IMG/VR virus record: IMGVR_UViG_3300032272_000011
Location: 2,628 to 66,627 of that record
DNA length: 64,000 bases
Direction: 5' to 3' (one strand)
From: a virus
Taxonomy: Duplodnaviria > Caudoviricetes
Shown one piece after another: positions 1 to 9,918 of the stretch. Both the position numbers and the translations under genes were made by a program. The notes under the pieces were generated by a model. That model worked only from the letters and a program-made list of their open reading frames with translations. It searched no databases and was not told the origin of the DNA. The first letter of the stretch is position 1. Each line of letters opens with the position of its first letter.

Positions 1-1
1 C

Positions 2-1294
2 GCTGGTCGGTTCCAGGCCGTCGAGGTGGACTTCAGCATGGTGGCCCGCACCGCAGCGGTGACCCCGTCCGGTGCCTACACGGAAGTGGGTCAGGCGGAC
101 GAGTTCATGCTGATCGGCGAGCTGGACGCGGCGCTCACCGCCGACAGCTCCTTCCCCCTGTCGGCGATCGACATCGTCACCACGCCGGATTCCCAAGCAG
201 AGATCCAAGCTGCCTTCACCGCGAGTCCCACGACGGAGGAGGCAGGCCTGAACCTGATCAACCTGCTCTACGTCGGTGGGGAGTTCATGATCGTCCAAGG
301 CACTGCTACGGACCTCGGAGCGGACGTGCGGCTGACCAACGTCTACCGGGGTGTGCTCGACTCCGTCATGATGGACCACTCCGCCGGGGCGCCGGTCTAC
401 CTGCTGTTCGCCGGGGGCAACCTCACGGACGACCTGTTCACCGCCACCTGGGTCGTGGACTTGAAGCTGCTGCCCCGGACGGTGGACACGACGGTCGCGG
501 AAGGTGACGCCACCACGATCCAGATCCAGATGGCGGACCGCGTCCGGCGCCCCTACCCTCCGTGCGAGCTGGACCTGAGCGCCTCACGCTTTGCCAGCAC
601 CACGTCCCTCGAGGGCACTGGCTCCGGCTTCCAAGGGGTGGGCGTGGGCATCGAGCTGGTGCGCCGGAGCATGTTCACGTCGGACGAGATCCTCGCTCTC
701 ACCGCTGACGCAGCCACCCTGGACCCCAACTACCCTACCCTCTACAACAACACCCACACCGTCGAGGTGGTGGACGACCCGGACGGCACCCCTGTCACGC
801 TGTTCACCCTGGACTTGGTCCAGGAGATCGACGGACTGCTCCTCCGCAACACCATCCTCCGCCACACGGACGGGGTGCTGCCGACGAGGATGCAGGTCAA
901 GGTCGCGGCCTTCCACGACTTCGAGGGCACCAACTACGAATCAACCGTGAGTCTGGATTGGTCGTTCGACGTGACGACCTCGCTGACCGGCGACTTCAAC
1001 TTCGGCGCCCTGGACACCAACGACGTTTCCAACTCGTACACGGTCACGGACGCGGGGGACCACGTGTTCGCCCTGGGCGTGGCGACGGCCGTGGGCGACG
1101 TGGAATACCGATTGAATGGAGGATCCTGGACGCAGCTGATAGCACAGGGAGCGACAGCCGGTACCATCGTTGGTGCCTCGGTGTCAGACACGATCGAAGT
1201 CCGGCATGCGAGCACCGATACGGACATGGAAACGTTCCTGGAAATGCAGGGACCTGGAACCGGGGATGACGGCTATGGGATCCTCTTCACGTGA
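2..1294 (+). CDS. Tail/host-specificity structural protein, C-terminal part (5' truncated by the window)
   Basis: Frame open from base 2; Thr/Asp/Gly/Val-rich beta-type sequence; precedes small membrane genes at the end of the tail module. Confidence 0.6.
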   Translation, partial: AGRFQAVEVDFSMVARTAAVTPSGAYTEVGQADEFMLIGELDAALTADSSFPLSAIDIVTTPDSQAEIQAAFTASPTTEEAGLNLINLLYVGGEFMIVQGTATDLGADVRLTNVYRGVLDSVMMDHSAGAPVYLLFAGGNLTDDLFTATWVVDLKLLPRTVDTTVAEGDATTIQIQMADRVRRPYPPCELDLSASRFASTTSLEGTGSGFQGVGVGIELVRRSMFTSDEILALTADAATLDPNYPTLYNNTHTVEVVDDPDGTPVTLFTLDLVQEIDGLLLRNTILRHTDGVLPTRMQVKVAAFHDFEGTNYESTVSLDWSFDVTTSLTGDFNFGALDTNDVSNSYTVTDAGDHVFALGVATAVGDVEYRLNGGSWTQLIAQGATAGTIVGASVSDTIEVRHASTDTDMETFLEMQGPGTGDDGYGILFT

Positions 1295-1301
1295 TAAAGC
1301 T

Positions 1302-1616
1302 ATGACCAAGGAATCGATACTCACCCCAAGGACGAGCCTCAGCTTTGCCGTGGTCGTCGTCCTGCTTGGCGGGCTCACGGCCAACATACGTATGGTGTCC
1401 GCCATCTCAGAGAAGGAGGTGGTCGTGGCCACCGAGGTGAAGGCGATGCGCAGGGATATCAGCTCCATCAGCACCACTCTTCGAACCTATGCCGTGGGGA
1501 ACGACAGGCGGATTGAAGATCTCCGCACCAGTCAGTTCCAGTACCACGTTGACATGGCCAAGAAGATTGCTGCCATGGAGGGCGAACTGAAAGCGCTTCG
1601 CCAACAGCTGAAGTGA
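1302..1616 (+). CDS. Single-TM coiled-coil membrane protein (holin-like position)
   Basis: ATG 1302; hydrophobic SFAVVVVLLGGLTA then coiled coil. Confidence 0.5.
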   Translation: MTKESILTPRTSLSFAVVVVLLGGLTANIRMVSAISEKEVVVATEVKAMRRDISSISTTLRTYAVGNDRRIEDLRTSQFQYHVDMAKKIAAMEGELKALRQQLK

Positions 1617-1891
1617 AATGGCATAAATGGTTTCTATTCGTGATCTTGATCGTAACAGCGGCCACGGCGGCCAACTGGTACTATCACACCAAGGCGATGG
1701 AACGCTTTGACGAATACGAAACGCTGATGACGGAGCTGGACATGACGACTATGACCTCGACGTGGCTGAGTGGCGGTGTGAGCCGCACCATCACGTCCAA
1801 CCGACGAACCTCCGAAGCCCTCGACGTTTTCCTCGCTCGGCACAAGAGCGAAGTGGTGCAGGCCCAGACCCTCTTCCCACTCGATGGCTGA
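1613..1891 (+). CDS. Small N-terminally anchored membrane protein
   Basis: Coupled GTGA overlap; KWFLFVILIVTAATAA anchor. Confidence 0.55.
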   Translation: MKWHKWFLFVILIVTAATAANWYYHTKAMERFDEYETLMTELDMTTMTSTWLSGGVSRTITSNRRTSEALDVFLARHKSEVVQAQTLFPLDG

Positions 1892-1920
1892 CATGAAATG
1901 CGGCATCTGCGGTGCCCAGT

Positions 1921-1963
1921 GAGGGGCGTGTCCCGATCCACGGCGGGACGCGCCCCTCTTTTT
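1921..1963 (+). terminator. Rho-independent terminator
   Basis: gaggggcgtgtcccg / cgggacgcgcccctc stem then TTTTT. Confidence 0.75.
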
Positions 1964-1964
1964 A

Positions 1965-1995
1965 TTGTCCCCTCGGTGCCAAGTAGTGGTACAGT
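1965..1995 (+). promoter_or_regulatory. sigma70-like promoter
   Basis: TTGTCC-N19-TACAGT with TG upstream of -10; resembles the promoter at 3900. Confidence 0.45.
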
Positions 1996-2001
1996 GATGG
2001 T

Positions 2002-2079
2002 GGAACCTGGGTGTTGGGCTCCTGATGCTCCCGCCGCGACCCGTTTCAACCACTCCGGGTCGTGGCGGGGGCTCTTTTT
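2002..2079 (+). ncRNA. Candidate small RNA
   Basis: Lies between predicted promoter (1965-1995) and its own terminator; no credible ORF. Confidence 0.3.
2027..2079 (+). terminator. Rho-independent terminator
   Basis: cccgccgcgacccg / cgggtcgtggcggg stem then T tract. Confidence 0.7.
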
Positions 2080-2106
2080 GTTTTCACGCCCGCACTGCGC
2101 CATGCT
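2078..2106 (+). promoter_or_regulatory. sigma70-like promoter, leaderless start
   Basis: TTGTTT-N17-CATGCT-N6-ATG(2113); no SD. Confidence 0.45.
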
Positions 2107-2112
2107 TCCGGT

Positions 2113-3564
2113 ATGAAGACAACACCCTACGCGCACCAGCGCGATGAGTTCAACAGCTCCCTGGGCCTGGACCCCATCCGCCGGGGCCTGTGGTGGGAGA
2201 TGGGCTGTGGGAAGACCAAGCCCGTCATCGACGTCACCGCAGAGCAGTTCACCCGTGGCGCCATCGATGGCCTCCTTGTCCTGGCTCCCTCAGGCGTTCA
2301 CCGCAACTGGGTCGTGGAGGAGATCCCGACCCACCTGGACGTGGACGTGGCCGCACAAACCCACATGCTCTTCTGGAGCAGCAAGTCCGCCAAGACCAAG
2401 AAGTATCAGGCGGAGGTGGCGAAGCTCTTCGACAAGGAGAAGTATCCGTTCGCCGTGCTCACCATGAACTATGAGGCGGTCATGACGGACGGGGGCCGGG
2501 CCGTCATGAAGCGGTTCCTGGAGCAGCGCACCTGTGTGTACGTGCTGGACGAGAGCCAGTACATCAAGACCCCCGGCGCCAAGCGGACCAAGCGCATCCT
2601 CGCCTCCGCGAAGTACGCGCGCCACCGCTGGTGCCTTTCCGGCACCCCCGTGGACAACAGCCCCTTCGACGTGTTCACTCAGGTGAAGTTCCTCGACCCG
2701 ACCGCGTGGCACCCCTACGGGTGCTCCACCTTCGCCGCGTTCAAGGCGTTCTTCGGCGTGTGGGACACCATGGTCACGACCGCGAACGGGCGCGCCCGAG
2801 AGTTCCCTGTTCTGAAGTTCCACCGCAACCTCGACCGCCTGCACGAGGTGGTGGACCGGGTGGGCACCCGGCTCGTCAAGACCGACGTGCTCGACCTGCC
2901 CCCCAAGAGCTACGTCACCCGTCCTTTCGAGATGAACCCCGAGCAGGTCGCCGCATACAAGGACCTAAAGCTGGAGTTCATGACGTGGCTCGACAGCGGA
3001 GAAACCGTGACCGCCGCTCTTGCCATCGTGCGCATGACCCGGCTGCAGCAAATCACGTCCGGCTTCATCGGTACGGATGACGAGACGCTTGTCCCCCTGG
3101 GCAAGACCAACCCGCGCATCCTCTGCCTCAGCGCCCTCCTGGGCGAGATAGCAGGCAAGGCGATCATCTTCGCCAAGTTCAGGTACGACATCGACCAGAT
3201 CATGGAGCTACTCGGCAGTGAAGCCGTCCGGTACGACGGCGAGGTGGGTGAGGCCCAGCGGGGGCAAGCAATCGAACGGTTCCAACGAGGGGATGCCACG
3301 TACTTCGTTGCCAACCCCGCAGCGGCCGGGACCGGGCTCACTCTCCACGCGGCAAACAACGTGGTGTACTACAACAACAGCTACAAGCTCGGGCAGCGAC
3401 TTCAGTCCGAGGACCGCGCTCACCGCATCGGACAAGAGCACCCAGTAACGTACCACGACATCGTCGGTATCGGCACCCTGGATCTGGGAATAGCCACGTC
3501 GCTTCGACGCAAGCGGAAGCTGGCCGAACAAGTCATGGGCGACGAAATACGTACTTGGCTCTGA
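2113..3564 (+). CDS. SNF2-family (SF2) DNA helicase
   Basis: EMGCGKT Walker A, DESQ, LSGTP, QSEDRAHRIGQ motif VI. Confidence 0.9.
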   Translation: MKTTPYAHQRDEFNSSLGLDPIRRGLWWEMGCGKTKPVIDVTAEQFTRGAIDGLLVLAPSGVHRNWVVEEIPTHLDVDVAAQTHMLFWSSKSAKTKKYQAEVAKLFDKEKYPFAVLTMNYEAVMTDGGRAVMKRFLEQRTCVYVLDESQYIKTPGAKRTKRILASAKYARHRWCLSGTPVDNSPFDVFTQVKFLDPTAWHPYGCSTFAAFKAFFGVWDTMVTTANGRAREFPVLKFHRNLDRLHEVVDRVGTRLVKTDVLDLPPKSYVTRPFEMNPEQVAAYKDLKLEFMTWLDSGETVTAALAIVRMTRLQQITSGFIGTDDETLVPLGKTNPRILCLSALLGEIAGKAIIFAKFRYDIDQIMELLGSEAVRYDGEVGEAQRGQAIERFQRGDATYFVANPAAAGTGLTLHAANNVVYYNNSYKLGQRLQSEDRAHRIGQEHPVTYHDIVGIGTLDLGIATSLRRKRKLAEQVMGDEIRTWL

Positions 3565-3625
3565 AAAGAGACAAACGTACCTTTCACCTTCCGTTTTCTT
3601 TGAAACCCTCCACTGGAGAATCCTC

Positions 3626-3859
3626 ATGCCCCCGAGCATCACCTTCGACGTTCCGCCTGCCTCCTTCGTCACCCTCGCGACCCGCAACGTCGGGTCCTAC
3701 GTCCGCATCGGTTCCGATGCGTTCATCGTCGCGACCCGCGACTTGCCGGGTGGCACCGCGACCCTTCTCAACCTCGCGGACGGCAGCGAGAACGTCACCC
3801 CCCTCACCCAGAACATCGAGGTGATGGAGCTGACCAGCGCCTCCTTCGCAGTCAGCTGA
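3626..3859 (+). CDS. Hypothetical protein
   Basis: GGAGA SD; C-ending codon bias. Confidence 0.6.
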   Translation: MPPSITFDVPPASFVTLATRNVGSYVRIGSDAFIVATRDLPGGTATLLNLADGSENVTPLTQNIEVMELTSASFAVS

Positions 3860-3871
3860 TCTGACCCGGAA

Positions 3872-3901
3872 AAGTTATTGGGTGCGGTGGCCCAATAACT
3901 T
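3872..3901. promoter_or_regulatory. Perfect 11-bp inverted repeat (operator or terminator) touching a -35
   Basis: aagttattggg-N8-cccaataactt. Confidence 0.5.
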
Positions 3902-3929
3902 GTCCCCAGTTCGTGAGGGGTGGTAGGGT
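3900..3929 (+). promoter_or_regulatory. sigma70-like promoter, leaderless start
   Basis: TTGTCC-N18-TAGGGT-N6-ATG(3936). Confidence 0.5.
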
Positions 3930-3935
3930 TCCGGC

Positions 3936-4478
3936 ATGAGTTACGAAATATTCAAGACCGACCCCACCGAAGGTGGCATGTCTCTCCTGAGCAGGCTCGC
4001 GAAAGAGCTGGAAGATGCCCAGGCAAACGAACAGCGCGCAGCGGAAGAGTTGAAAGAGGCGTCGCGCAGAGTCCGGGAGTTGACCGACCGCATCATCCCC
4101 GAGACCATGGAAGAGGTGGGAGTCGAGAAGTTCACCGCCACCGGTGGCCTCGAGATCAAACTCCAGGAGATCGTCACGTGCTCCCTGCCCAAGGAGCGCA
4201 AGGGACCGGCGCTCCTGTGGCTCGACGAGCACAACCACGGCGGGCTCATCAAACGCAAGCTGGAGGTGGCCTTCGGCCGCGACCAGGAAGAGGATGCGGC
4301 GGCTCTGCGCAGTGAGTTGAACCAGCGGTTCCCAGGCGTCCGAGAGGACCGCAAGGTCGAACCGAGCACCTTGCGTGCTTTCATCCGCCAACAGCTCGAG
4401 GATGGGGTAGACTTCCCCATGGAACTGTTTGGTGCGCGACGCTTCGTGCGAGCGAAGGTGACCTCCGCCAAGAAGTAA
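3936..4478 (+). CDS. Conserved phage replication-region protein
   Basis: Coiled-coil N-terminus; WLDEHNHGGLIKR and VEPSTLRAFIR blocks typical of siphophage genes upstream of SSB. Confidence 0.6.
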   Translation: MSYEIFKTDPTEGGMSLLSRLAKELEDAQANEQRAAEELKEASRRVRELTDRIIPETMEEVGVEKFTATGGLEIKLQEIVTCSLPKERKGPALLWLDEHNHGGLIKRKLEVAFGRDQEEDAAALRSELNQRFPGVREDRKVEPSTLRAFIRQQLEDGVDFPMELFGARRFVRAKVTSAKK

Positions 4479-4564
4479 ACAACCTCCGTGCCGGGAGGCC
4501 AATCCGGCGCAGCAACGAACCGTTGAACGTATTCAACGACACACCGACCCAAGGAGAGCCACAC

Positions 4565-5392
4565 ATGGCCAAGCGTACCACCACCCCCGCAACTCGCGGC
4601 AAAGCCGCTCCCCCCGCCGCAGTCCAAGACTATGGCGATCTGGCTGGAGCCGGCTACCAGAACACTGGTTCCGACGACTTCGCGATCCCGTTCCTGGCGA
4701 TCATGCAGTCCAACAGCCCCCAGGTCGAGAGTGAGGAGCATCCGGCGAAGATCGGTAACCTCTTCAACACCGTGACCGAGGAGCTGATCGACCCCAAGGA
4801 CGGCGTCGTCCTCACCCCCTGCCACACGGAGCATCTCTTCGTGGAGTGGCGCACCCGCGACCAGGGAGGAGGGTTCGTGCAGACGCACGCGCTCGACTCC
4901 GACGTGGCGGTGTGGGCTCGCGAGAACTGTGAGTTCGGCGAGTTCAAGACCCCGGAAGGCAACGACCTCTCCGAGACGTTCTACATGTACTGCATGTCGG
5001 TCTCGGACAGCGACGTGGAGCAGGGTGCCACCCCGAGCAACTTCGTCGTGGTGGCGTTCACGGGCACCAAGATCCGTCCCTACAAGCGGATCATGGGGCG
5101 CCTGCGGATGTTCAAGGGCAACCCGCCGCTCTTCGCGCACCGCCTGAAGTTCTCCTCCGTCGCGGAAGAGAACAGCAAGGGCAAGTACCGCAACTTCCAC
5201 ATCGAGCCGGCGATCGACAACGACGTTCAGTCGTCCCTCATCCCGGCCATGCTCGACGGCAACCCGCACCCGGTGCTCCTCGCGGGGCTCGAGTTCGGCA
5301 AGCAGATCGAGAAGGGCTTGGCGCGCCCGTCCCACGAGACCGCAGCTCGTGAGCCGGGCCAGGAGAGCGGCGACGAGGAAGACGCCTTCTAA
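4565..5392 (+). CDS. Putative ssDNA-binding/annealing protein
   Basis: DFAIPFLAIMQSNSPQV motif, acidic C-tail ESGDEEDAF, position between helicases. Confidence 0.55.
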   Translation: MAKRTTTPATRGKAAPPAAVQDYGDLAGAGYQNTGSDDFAIPFLAIMQSNSPQVESEEHPAKIGNLFNTVTEELIDPKDGVVLTPCHTEHLFVEWRTRDQGGGFVQTHALDSDVAVWARENCEFGEFKTPEGNDLSETFYMYCMSVSDSDVEQGATPSNFVVVAFTGTKIRPYKRIMGRLRMFKGNPPLFAHRLKFSSVAEENSKGKYRNFHIEPAIDNDVQSSLIPAMLDGNPHPVLLAGLEFGKQIEKGLARPSHETAAREPGQESGDEEDAF

Positions 5393-5491
5393 GTCGTCGG
5401 TCTCCGACTGAAATCCAGCCTGGACTGAGGCCTCTTCTCCGCGAACGCATGCGCGGGGGAGGGGCCACTTTTATCCGTGGAGAGAAAGACG

Positions 5492-6718
5492 ATGGAGTGG
5501 AACGAACAACAGCTTGGGGCCATACGTGCCGTCGAGAGCTGGTTCAAGTCGGGCGGTGGCCCGGTGTTCAGGCTGTTTGGGTACGCAGGAACGGGGAAGA
5601 CGACGCTGGCCATTGAGTTTGCCAAGCGTGCTCGGGCCTCGGGGGCGCGCAACGTCCACTTCGCTGCCTTCACGGCCAAGGCCGCGTCAGTCATGGAGCA
5701 GAAGGGATGCTGGGGAGCCACCACCATCCATCGGCTCATCTACCTCCCGCGCATCAAGGGGGCCGCTACCCTGCGTGCGCTCATGGAGAGGCGAGAGCAG
5801 CTCGAGACGGCCCTGAAGGATGCTATCGAGCCCACCGACCTGAAGAGGATGACCACTCAGCTCAGCGAGGTGCAGAGGAAGATACGGCGTGAAGAGAACG
5901 GGCTGAAGCAGCCGGCGTGGAACCTCAACCTCGACTCCGTGCTCCACGGTGCCGACCTGCTCATCGTGGACGAGGTTTCCATGGTGGGCCGGGAGATGGC
6001 CGAGCACTTGCTCAGCTTCGACGTGCCGCTCCTCGTCCTCGGCGACCCAGGTCAGCTACCGCCGGTCGCGGACACCGGATACTTCAGCAGCGACCGGCCC
6101 GACATCCTCCTCGACGAGGTTCATCGTCAAGCCCAGGGCAGCCCGATCCTGGCGCTGGCCCACAAAGCCCGGATGGGCGAGCCGCTCCCCCTGGGCGAAC
6201 ACGTCGTTCCCAAGGGCAAGCTCAAAGTGGCTGACCTGATGAAGTACGACCAAGTGCTCGTCGGCACCAACAAGTCACGCCGCAACGTCAACCAGCGCAT
6301 CCGTGAAGCGATGGGCCGCGAGGGACCGATTCCCGTTCCTGGCGATCGTCTCGTCTGCTTGAAGAACAACCCGGACGTGGGCGTGCACAACGGGTCTCTG
6401 TGGCACGTGCTGGAGGCGACTCCGTACCACGACGTGATCGCCTTAGAACTGGAGTCCGTGGAAGGCGGCCAGATGGTATCATGTGCAGCCCACCGCTGCC
6501 TGTTTGAAGGCAAAGAACCCTCCCACTGGGCGTGGAACGACGCATGCAGTTTCGACTTCGGCTATGCGTTGACTGTCCACAAGGCCCAGGGATCTCAGTG
6601 GGACCGAGTCGTCATTCTTGACGAAAGCAAAGTGTTCAGGGAAGCCGCTCGGAAGTGGCTCTATACCGGAATCACCAGGGCGGCGAAAGACGTCGTCATC
6701 ATCAAGACCCGAAAGTGA
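5492..6718 (+). CDS. RecD/Dda-like SF1B helicase
   Basis: GYAGTGKTT, IVDEVSMV, GDPGQLPPV, YALTVHKAQGSQW. Confidence 0.9.
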   Translation: MEWNEQQLGAIRAVESWFKSGGGPVFRLFGYAGTGKTTLAIEFAKRARASGARNVHFAAFTAKAASVMEQKGCWGATTIHRLIYLPRIKGAATLRALMERREQLETALKDAIEPTDLKRMTTQLSEVQRKIRREENGLKQPAWNLNLDSVLHGADLLIVDEVSMVGREMAEHLLSFDVPLLVLGDPGQLPPVADTGYFSSDRPDILLDEVHRQAQGSPILALAHKARMGEPLPLGEHVVPKGKLKVADLMKYDQVLVGTNKSRRNVNQRIREAMGREGPIPVPGDRLVCLKNNPDVGVHNGSLWHVLEATPYHDVIALELESVEGGQMVSCAAHRCLFEGKEPSHWAWNDACSFDFGYALTVHKAQGSQWDRVVILDESKVFREAARKWLYTGITRAAKDVVIIKTRK

Positions 6719-6729
6719 AGCAACTCCCC

Positions 6730-8451
6730 ATGCAAGGACCGAAGACTACCTTTGCGCAACGTCTCCACGCGGAAAAATACCGTGCCCCCGGTGAGACGTT
6801 CCGTGAAGCGATGAGCCGCATTGCCGGCGCCCTCACGGCGGACACAACGTCGTTCCAGAACCTGCGGCAGATACTGCTGGACATGCGGTTCATGCCCGGT
6901 GGTCGGATCCAAGCTGCAGTCGGCAGCACCAAGAACGTCACGCCCTACAACTGCTTCGTCAGTGGGAAGATCGAGGACAGCTTCGTGTCGGGTCACGGCT
7001 CGATCATGGACCGCGCCAAGGAGGCTGCGCAGACCATGCGCATGGGCGGAGGCATCGGTTACGACTTCAGCACGCTCAGGCCCAGGGGAGCGCGGATCAA
7101 GAAGCTCGGGAGTCACAGCAGCGGGCCGATCGCGTTCATGGACATCTTCGACGCGGTGTGCCGTTGCACGGCGAGCAGCGGTCACCGTCGCGGCGCGCAG
7201 ATGGGGGTGTTGCGCGTGGACCACCCGGACGTGGAGGAGTTCATCCACAGCAAGCAGGAGCAGGGTCGCCTAACAGGGTTCAACATCTCGTTGGCTGTGA
7301 CGGACGACTTCATGCGCGCGGTCGAGCAGGACGAGATGTTCCCCCTGCAGTGGGGCGGCGAGGTGTACCGCGAGGTGAAGGCGCGCAACCTGTGGGACGC
7401 GATTATGCGGAGCACGTGGGATTGGGCGGAGCCCGGCGTGCTGTTCATCGACCGCATCAAGAGCATGAACAACCTCCACTACTGCGAGGAGATCGTCGCG
7501 ACCAACCCGTGCGGCGAGCAACCCCTTCCGCCCCACGGTGCCTGCCTCCTGGGCTCGTTCAACCTGACCCGCTACGTCGCCAAGGTCGAGGGTTCGTTCC
7601 ACTTCGACTTCGCGCTCTTCCGTCAGGACATCCCCCGCGTCGTGGAGGCCATGGACATGGTCGTGGACGTGGCCACCTACCCTCTCGAGGAGCAGGAGCG
7701 TGAAGCGCACTCCAAGCGCCGCATGGGCCTCGGAGTCACTGGCCTCGCGAACGCCATCGAGGCAATCGGGTTTCCCTACGGAAGCGAAGGGTTCCTGAAC
7801 GTGCAGCGCGACATCCTCACGGTGCTCCGTGACGAGGCATACTTGGCCTCAGCGCTACTGGCCCAGAGGAAGGGGAGTTTCCCAGCGTTCAACGCGGACA
7901 AGTACATGGCCGGGCAGTTCATCAACACGCTGCCTCCCCACGTTCGTCGTGAAGTCGCTCGTGGCGTCCGGAACAGCCACCTCCTGAGCATCGCCCCGAC
8001 CGGCACCATCAGCATGTGCGCGGACAACATCAGCTCCGGCATCGAGCCGGTGTTCTCTCACAAGGTGGAACGCGAAGTCATCATGCCGGAGGGCAAGATC
8101 CTCGTCGAGCTGGAGGACTACGGGGTGGCGCACTTCGGGGTGGAAGGCCGCACCGTGGAGGAAGTCACGCCGCGCGAGCACCTGGACGTGCTCGCCGTCG
8201 CGTCCGACTTCGTGGACAGCTCCGTGAGCAAGACCATCAACGTGCCCGAGTCCACTTCGTGGGAAGACTTCAAGGGGGTCTACACGAAGGCATGGGCTCT
8301 CGGGGCGAAGGGGTGCACCACGTTCCGCGCCGCAGGGAAACGCATGGCCATGATGGAGGCCGCTGCGAAGGGGGGCGAGGAGGCCGAGGAGGAAGCGGTC
8401 GCGGCCACGTGCCGGATTGACCGGGAAACCGGCCGCAGAGAGTGTGATTGA
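6730..8451 (+). CDS. nrdJ: Class II (adenosylcobalamin-dependent) ribonucleotide reductase
   Basis: PGGRI, NCFV, TNPCGEQPL, SIAPTGTIS, KGCTTFR; no beta subunit gene nearby. Confidence 0.88.
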   Translation: MQGPKTTFAQRLHAEKYRAPGETFREAMSRIAGALTADTTSFQNLRQILLDMRFMPGGRIQAAVGSTKNVTPYNCFVSGKIEDSFVSGHGSIMDRAKEAAQTMRMGGGIGYDFSTLRPRGARIKKLGSHSSGPIAFMDIFDAVCRCTASSGHRRGAQMGVLRVDHPDVEEFIHSKQEQGRLTGFNISLAVTDDFMRAVEQDEMFPLQWGGEVYREVKARNLWDAIMRSTWDWAEPGVLFIDRIKSMNNLHYCEEIVATNPCGEQPLPPHGACLLGSFNLTRYVAKVEGSFHFDFALFRQDIPRVVEAMDMVVDVATYPLEEQEREAHSKRRMGLGVTGLANAIEAIGFPYGSEGFLNVQRDILTVLRDEAYLASALLAQRKGSFPAFNADKYMAGQFINTLPPHVRREVARGVRNSHLLSIAPTGTISMCADNISSGIEPVFSHKVEREVIMPEGKILVELEDYGVAHFGVEGRTVEEVTPREHLDVLAVASDFVDSSVSKTINVPESTSWEDFKGVYTKAWALGAKGCTTFRAAGKRMAMMEAAAKGGEEAEEEAVAATCRIDRETGRRECD

Positions 8452-8458
8452 AAAAGAG

Positions 8459-8487
8459 TTGGCTTCTGCTCCAGGGTAGACGATACT
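8459..8487 (+). promoter_or_regulatory. sigma70-like promoter
   Basis: TTGGCT-N17-GATACT in the intergenic gap. Confidence 0.45.
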
Positions 8488-8550
8488 GATTGTGTCGGCG
8501 GGGAAGCCCGCTGACGCACCGCAACCCAACCCCGAACCTGGAGCAGAACC

Positions 8551-8988
8551 GTGGACCTTACTTCCCTCACCCTCAAGCAGCTTGTCGACCTCTTCAACCA
8601 GCACTCCGACAAGCCCACCAAGAAGTTCTCCGACCGCAAGAGCGCCATCCGACGCACCCTGGCCGTCCTGCCCGGCGCCGAGCCGAAGCCCGAGCCGAAG
8701 CCCGAGCCGAAGCCCGAGCCGAAGCCCGAGACGGACAAGCCCAAGGCCACCCGGAACCGCAAGCGCGTGTTCGAAGCGGACGCCAAGGCGGAGAAGAAAG
8801 CTCCCCGCGCTGACTCCAAGCGTGCCATCGTCCTCGCCATGCTCCTGAAGGGCACCACCCACGCCGAGGTGATGGAGACCATCGGCTGGGACGGTCGCAC
8901 CGCCGCTGAGGGCATCCGCCTCGTCAACAAGGCGTGCGGCTACGGTCTGAGCACCGACGAAGACGGCACCATCGTCGCCTACGACTGA
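8551..8988 (+). CDS. Small basic DNA-binding protein (DUF3489-like wHTH C-terminus) with EPKP linker
   Basis: GGAG SD; SKRAIVLAMLLKGTTHAEVMETIGW helix-turn-helix-like segment. Confidence 0.55.
   Translation: MDLTSLTLKQLVDLFNQHSDKPTKKFSDRKSAIRRTLAVLPGAEPKPEPKPEPKPEPKPETDKPKATRNRKRVFEADAKAEKKAPRADSKRAIVLAMLLKGTTHAEVMETIGWDGRTAAEGIRLVNKACGYGLSTDEDGTIVAYD
8680..8730 (+). repeat. 12-bp tandem repeat x4 (EPKP linker)
   Basis: gagccgaagccc x4. Confidence 0.9.
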
Positions 8989-9045
8989 TCCCTTGCAGCA
9001 CAAAGTATCAGGAGGTGGGGTATCCTTCCTCCAGGAGACAACACC

Positions 9046-9918
9046 GTGGCTTACGAACGATTGAGCATATTGGACTTCGGGAAGACCCTTCTCGAGACTG
9101 GGGACCTGGACCCCATCTACTGCGCCCTGCGCAACACCGGCTGGGACGCCGCTACGACCTCCCGGTTCCTGATGGCCTACTGGTCCTGGTACAACGCTGG
9201 CTCGGCGAGCTGGATGGCGGAGAAGGAAGGGGACGCCTACTGGGACGCCATGATGGTGGCTGCCCGAAACGAAGAGTCTGCCCCGACCCCCTTCGGGGAG
9301 CGCTGGCCTCGAGCCAAGGAGCGGCGCCACGCACGCGGCTCCGCTGCTGTGAAGATGGTCGAGCATCTGGTCTCCCTGGGCCAGGACCCGTTGGAGATCG
9401 TCAGCCGGATGATCTCTCCCCACAGCGACGGCGTCGTGCCCTACAACGACGTGCGGAAGCGCGTCAAGAAGCACTACCTGTTCGGCGAGTGGATCGCCTT
9501 CAAGGTCGCCGACATGGCGGAGCGGTGCATGGGGGTCAAGGTCAACTTCGACAACGCGGCGGTCTTCATGTTCACCGACCCTGTCAAGGCCGCGCTCATG
9601 GTGTGGCGCCAACAGCAGGGCCTCCCCGAAAACGCCATGCCCAGGGACAAGACCGCCGTGCTGAACGGCGTCACCGAGTGGATGGCGGAGCAGTTCAAGG
9701 ACATGACCGCTCCCCCGCTCAACGCACAGATTCAACGCAAGGTGGGGCTCCAAGAGGTGGAGACGATCCTGTGCAAGTGGAAGAGCCACATGGGTGGCCA
9801 CTACCCTGTCCTGAACGACATCCACGAGATCGGTCTTGCCTTGACCCCCTGGGCCAAGCTGGGTGGTCTCGCCAAGGAGTTCAGCGACGCCATGCCGAAC
9901 GGAGAGAAGCTGTCATGA
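9046..9918 (+). CDS. Amino acid:DNA transferase, aGPT-Pplase clade 2 (thymidine hypermodification)
   Basis: GDLDPIY, RWPRAKERRH, FGEWIAFKVADM, FMFTDP, CKWKSHMGGHYP motifs as recalled for M6 gp51/PaMx11 gp46. Confidence 0.8.
   Translation: MAYERLSILDFGKTLLETGDLDPIYCALRNTGWDAATTSRFLMAYWSWYNAGSASWMAEKEGDAYWDAMMVAARNEESAPTPFGERWPRAKERRHARGSAAVKMVEHLVSLGQDPLEIVSRMISPHSDGVVPYNDVRKRVKKHYLFGEWIAFKVADMAERCMGVKVNFDNAAVFMFTDPVKAALMVWRQQQGLPENAMPRDKTAVLNGVTEWMAEQFKDMTAPPLNAQIQRKVGLQEVETILCKWKSHMGGHYPVLNDIHEIGLALTPWAKLGGLAKEFSDAMPNGEKLS

Noticed and set aside
8680-8730. EPKP tandem repeat as a special element
   Set aside because: Ordinary in-frame flexible linker.
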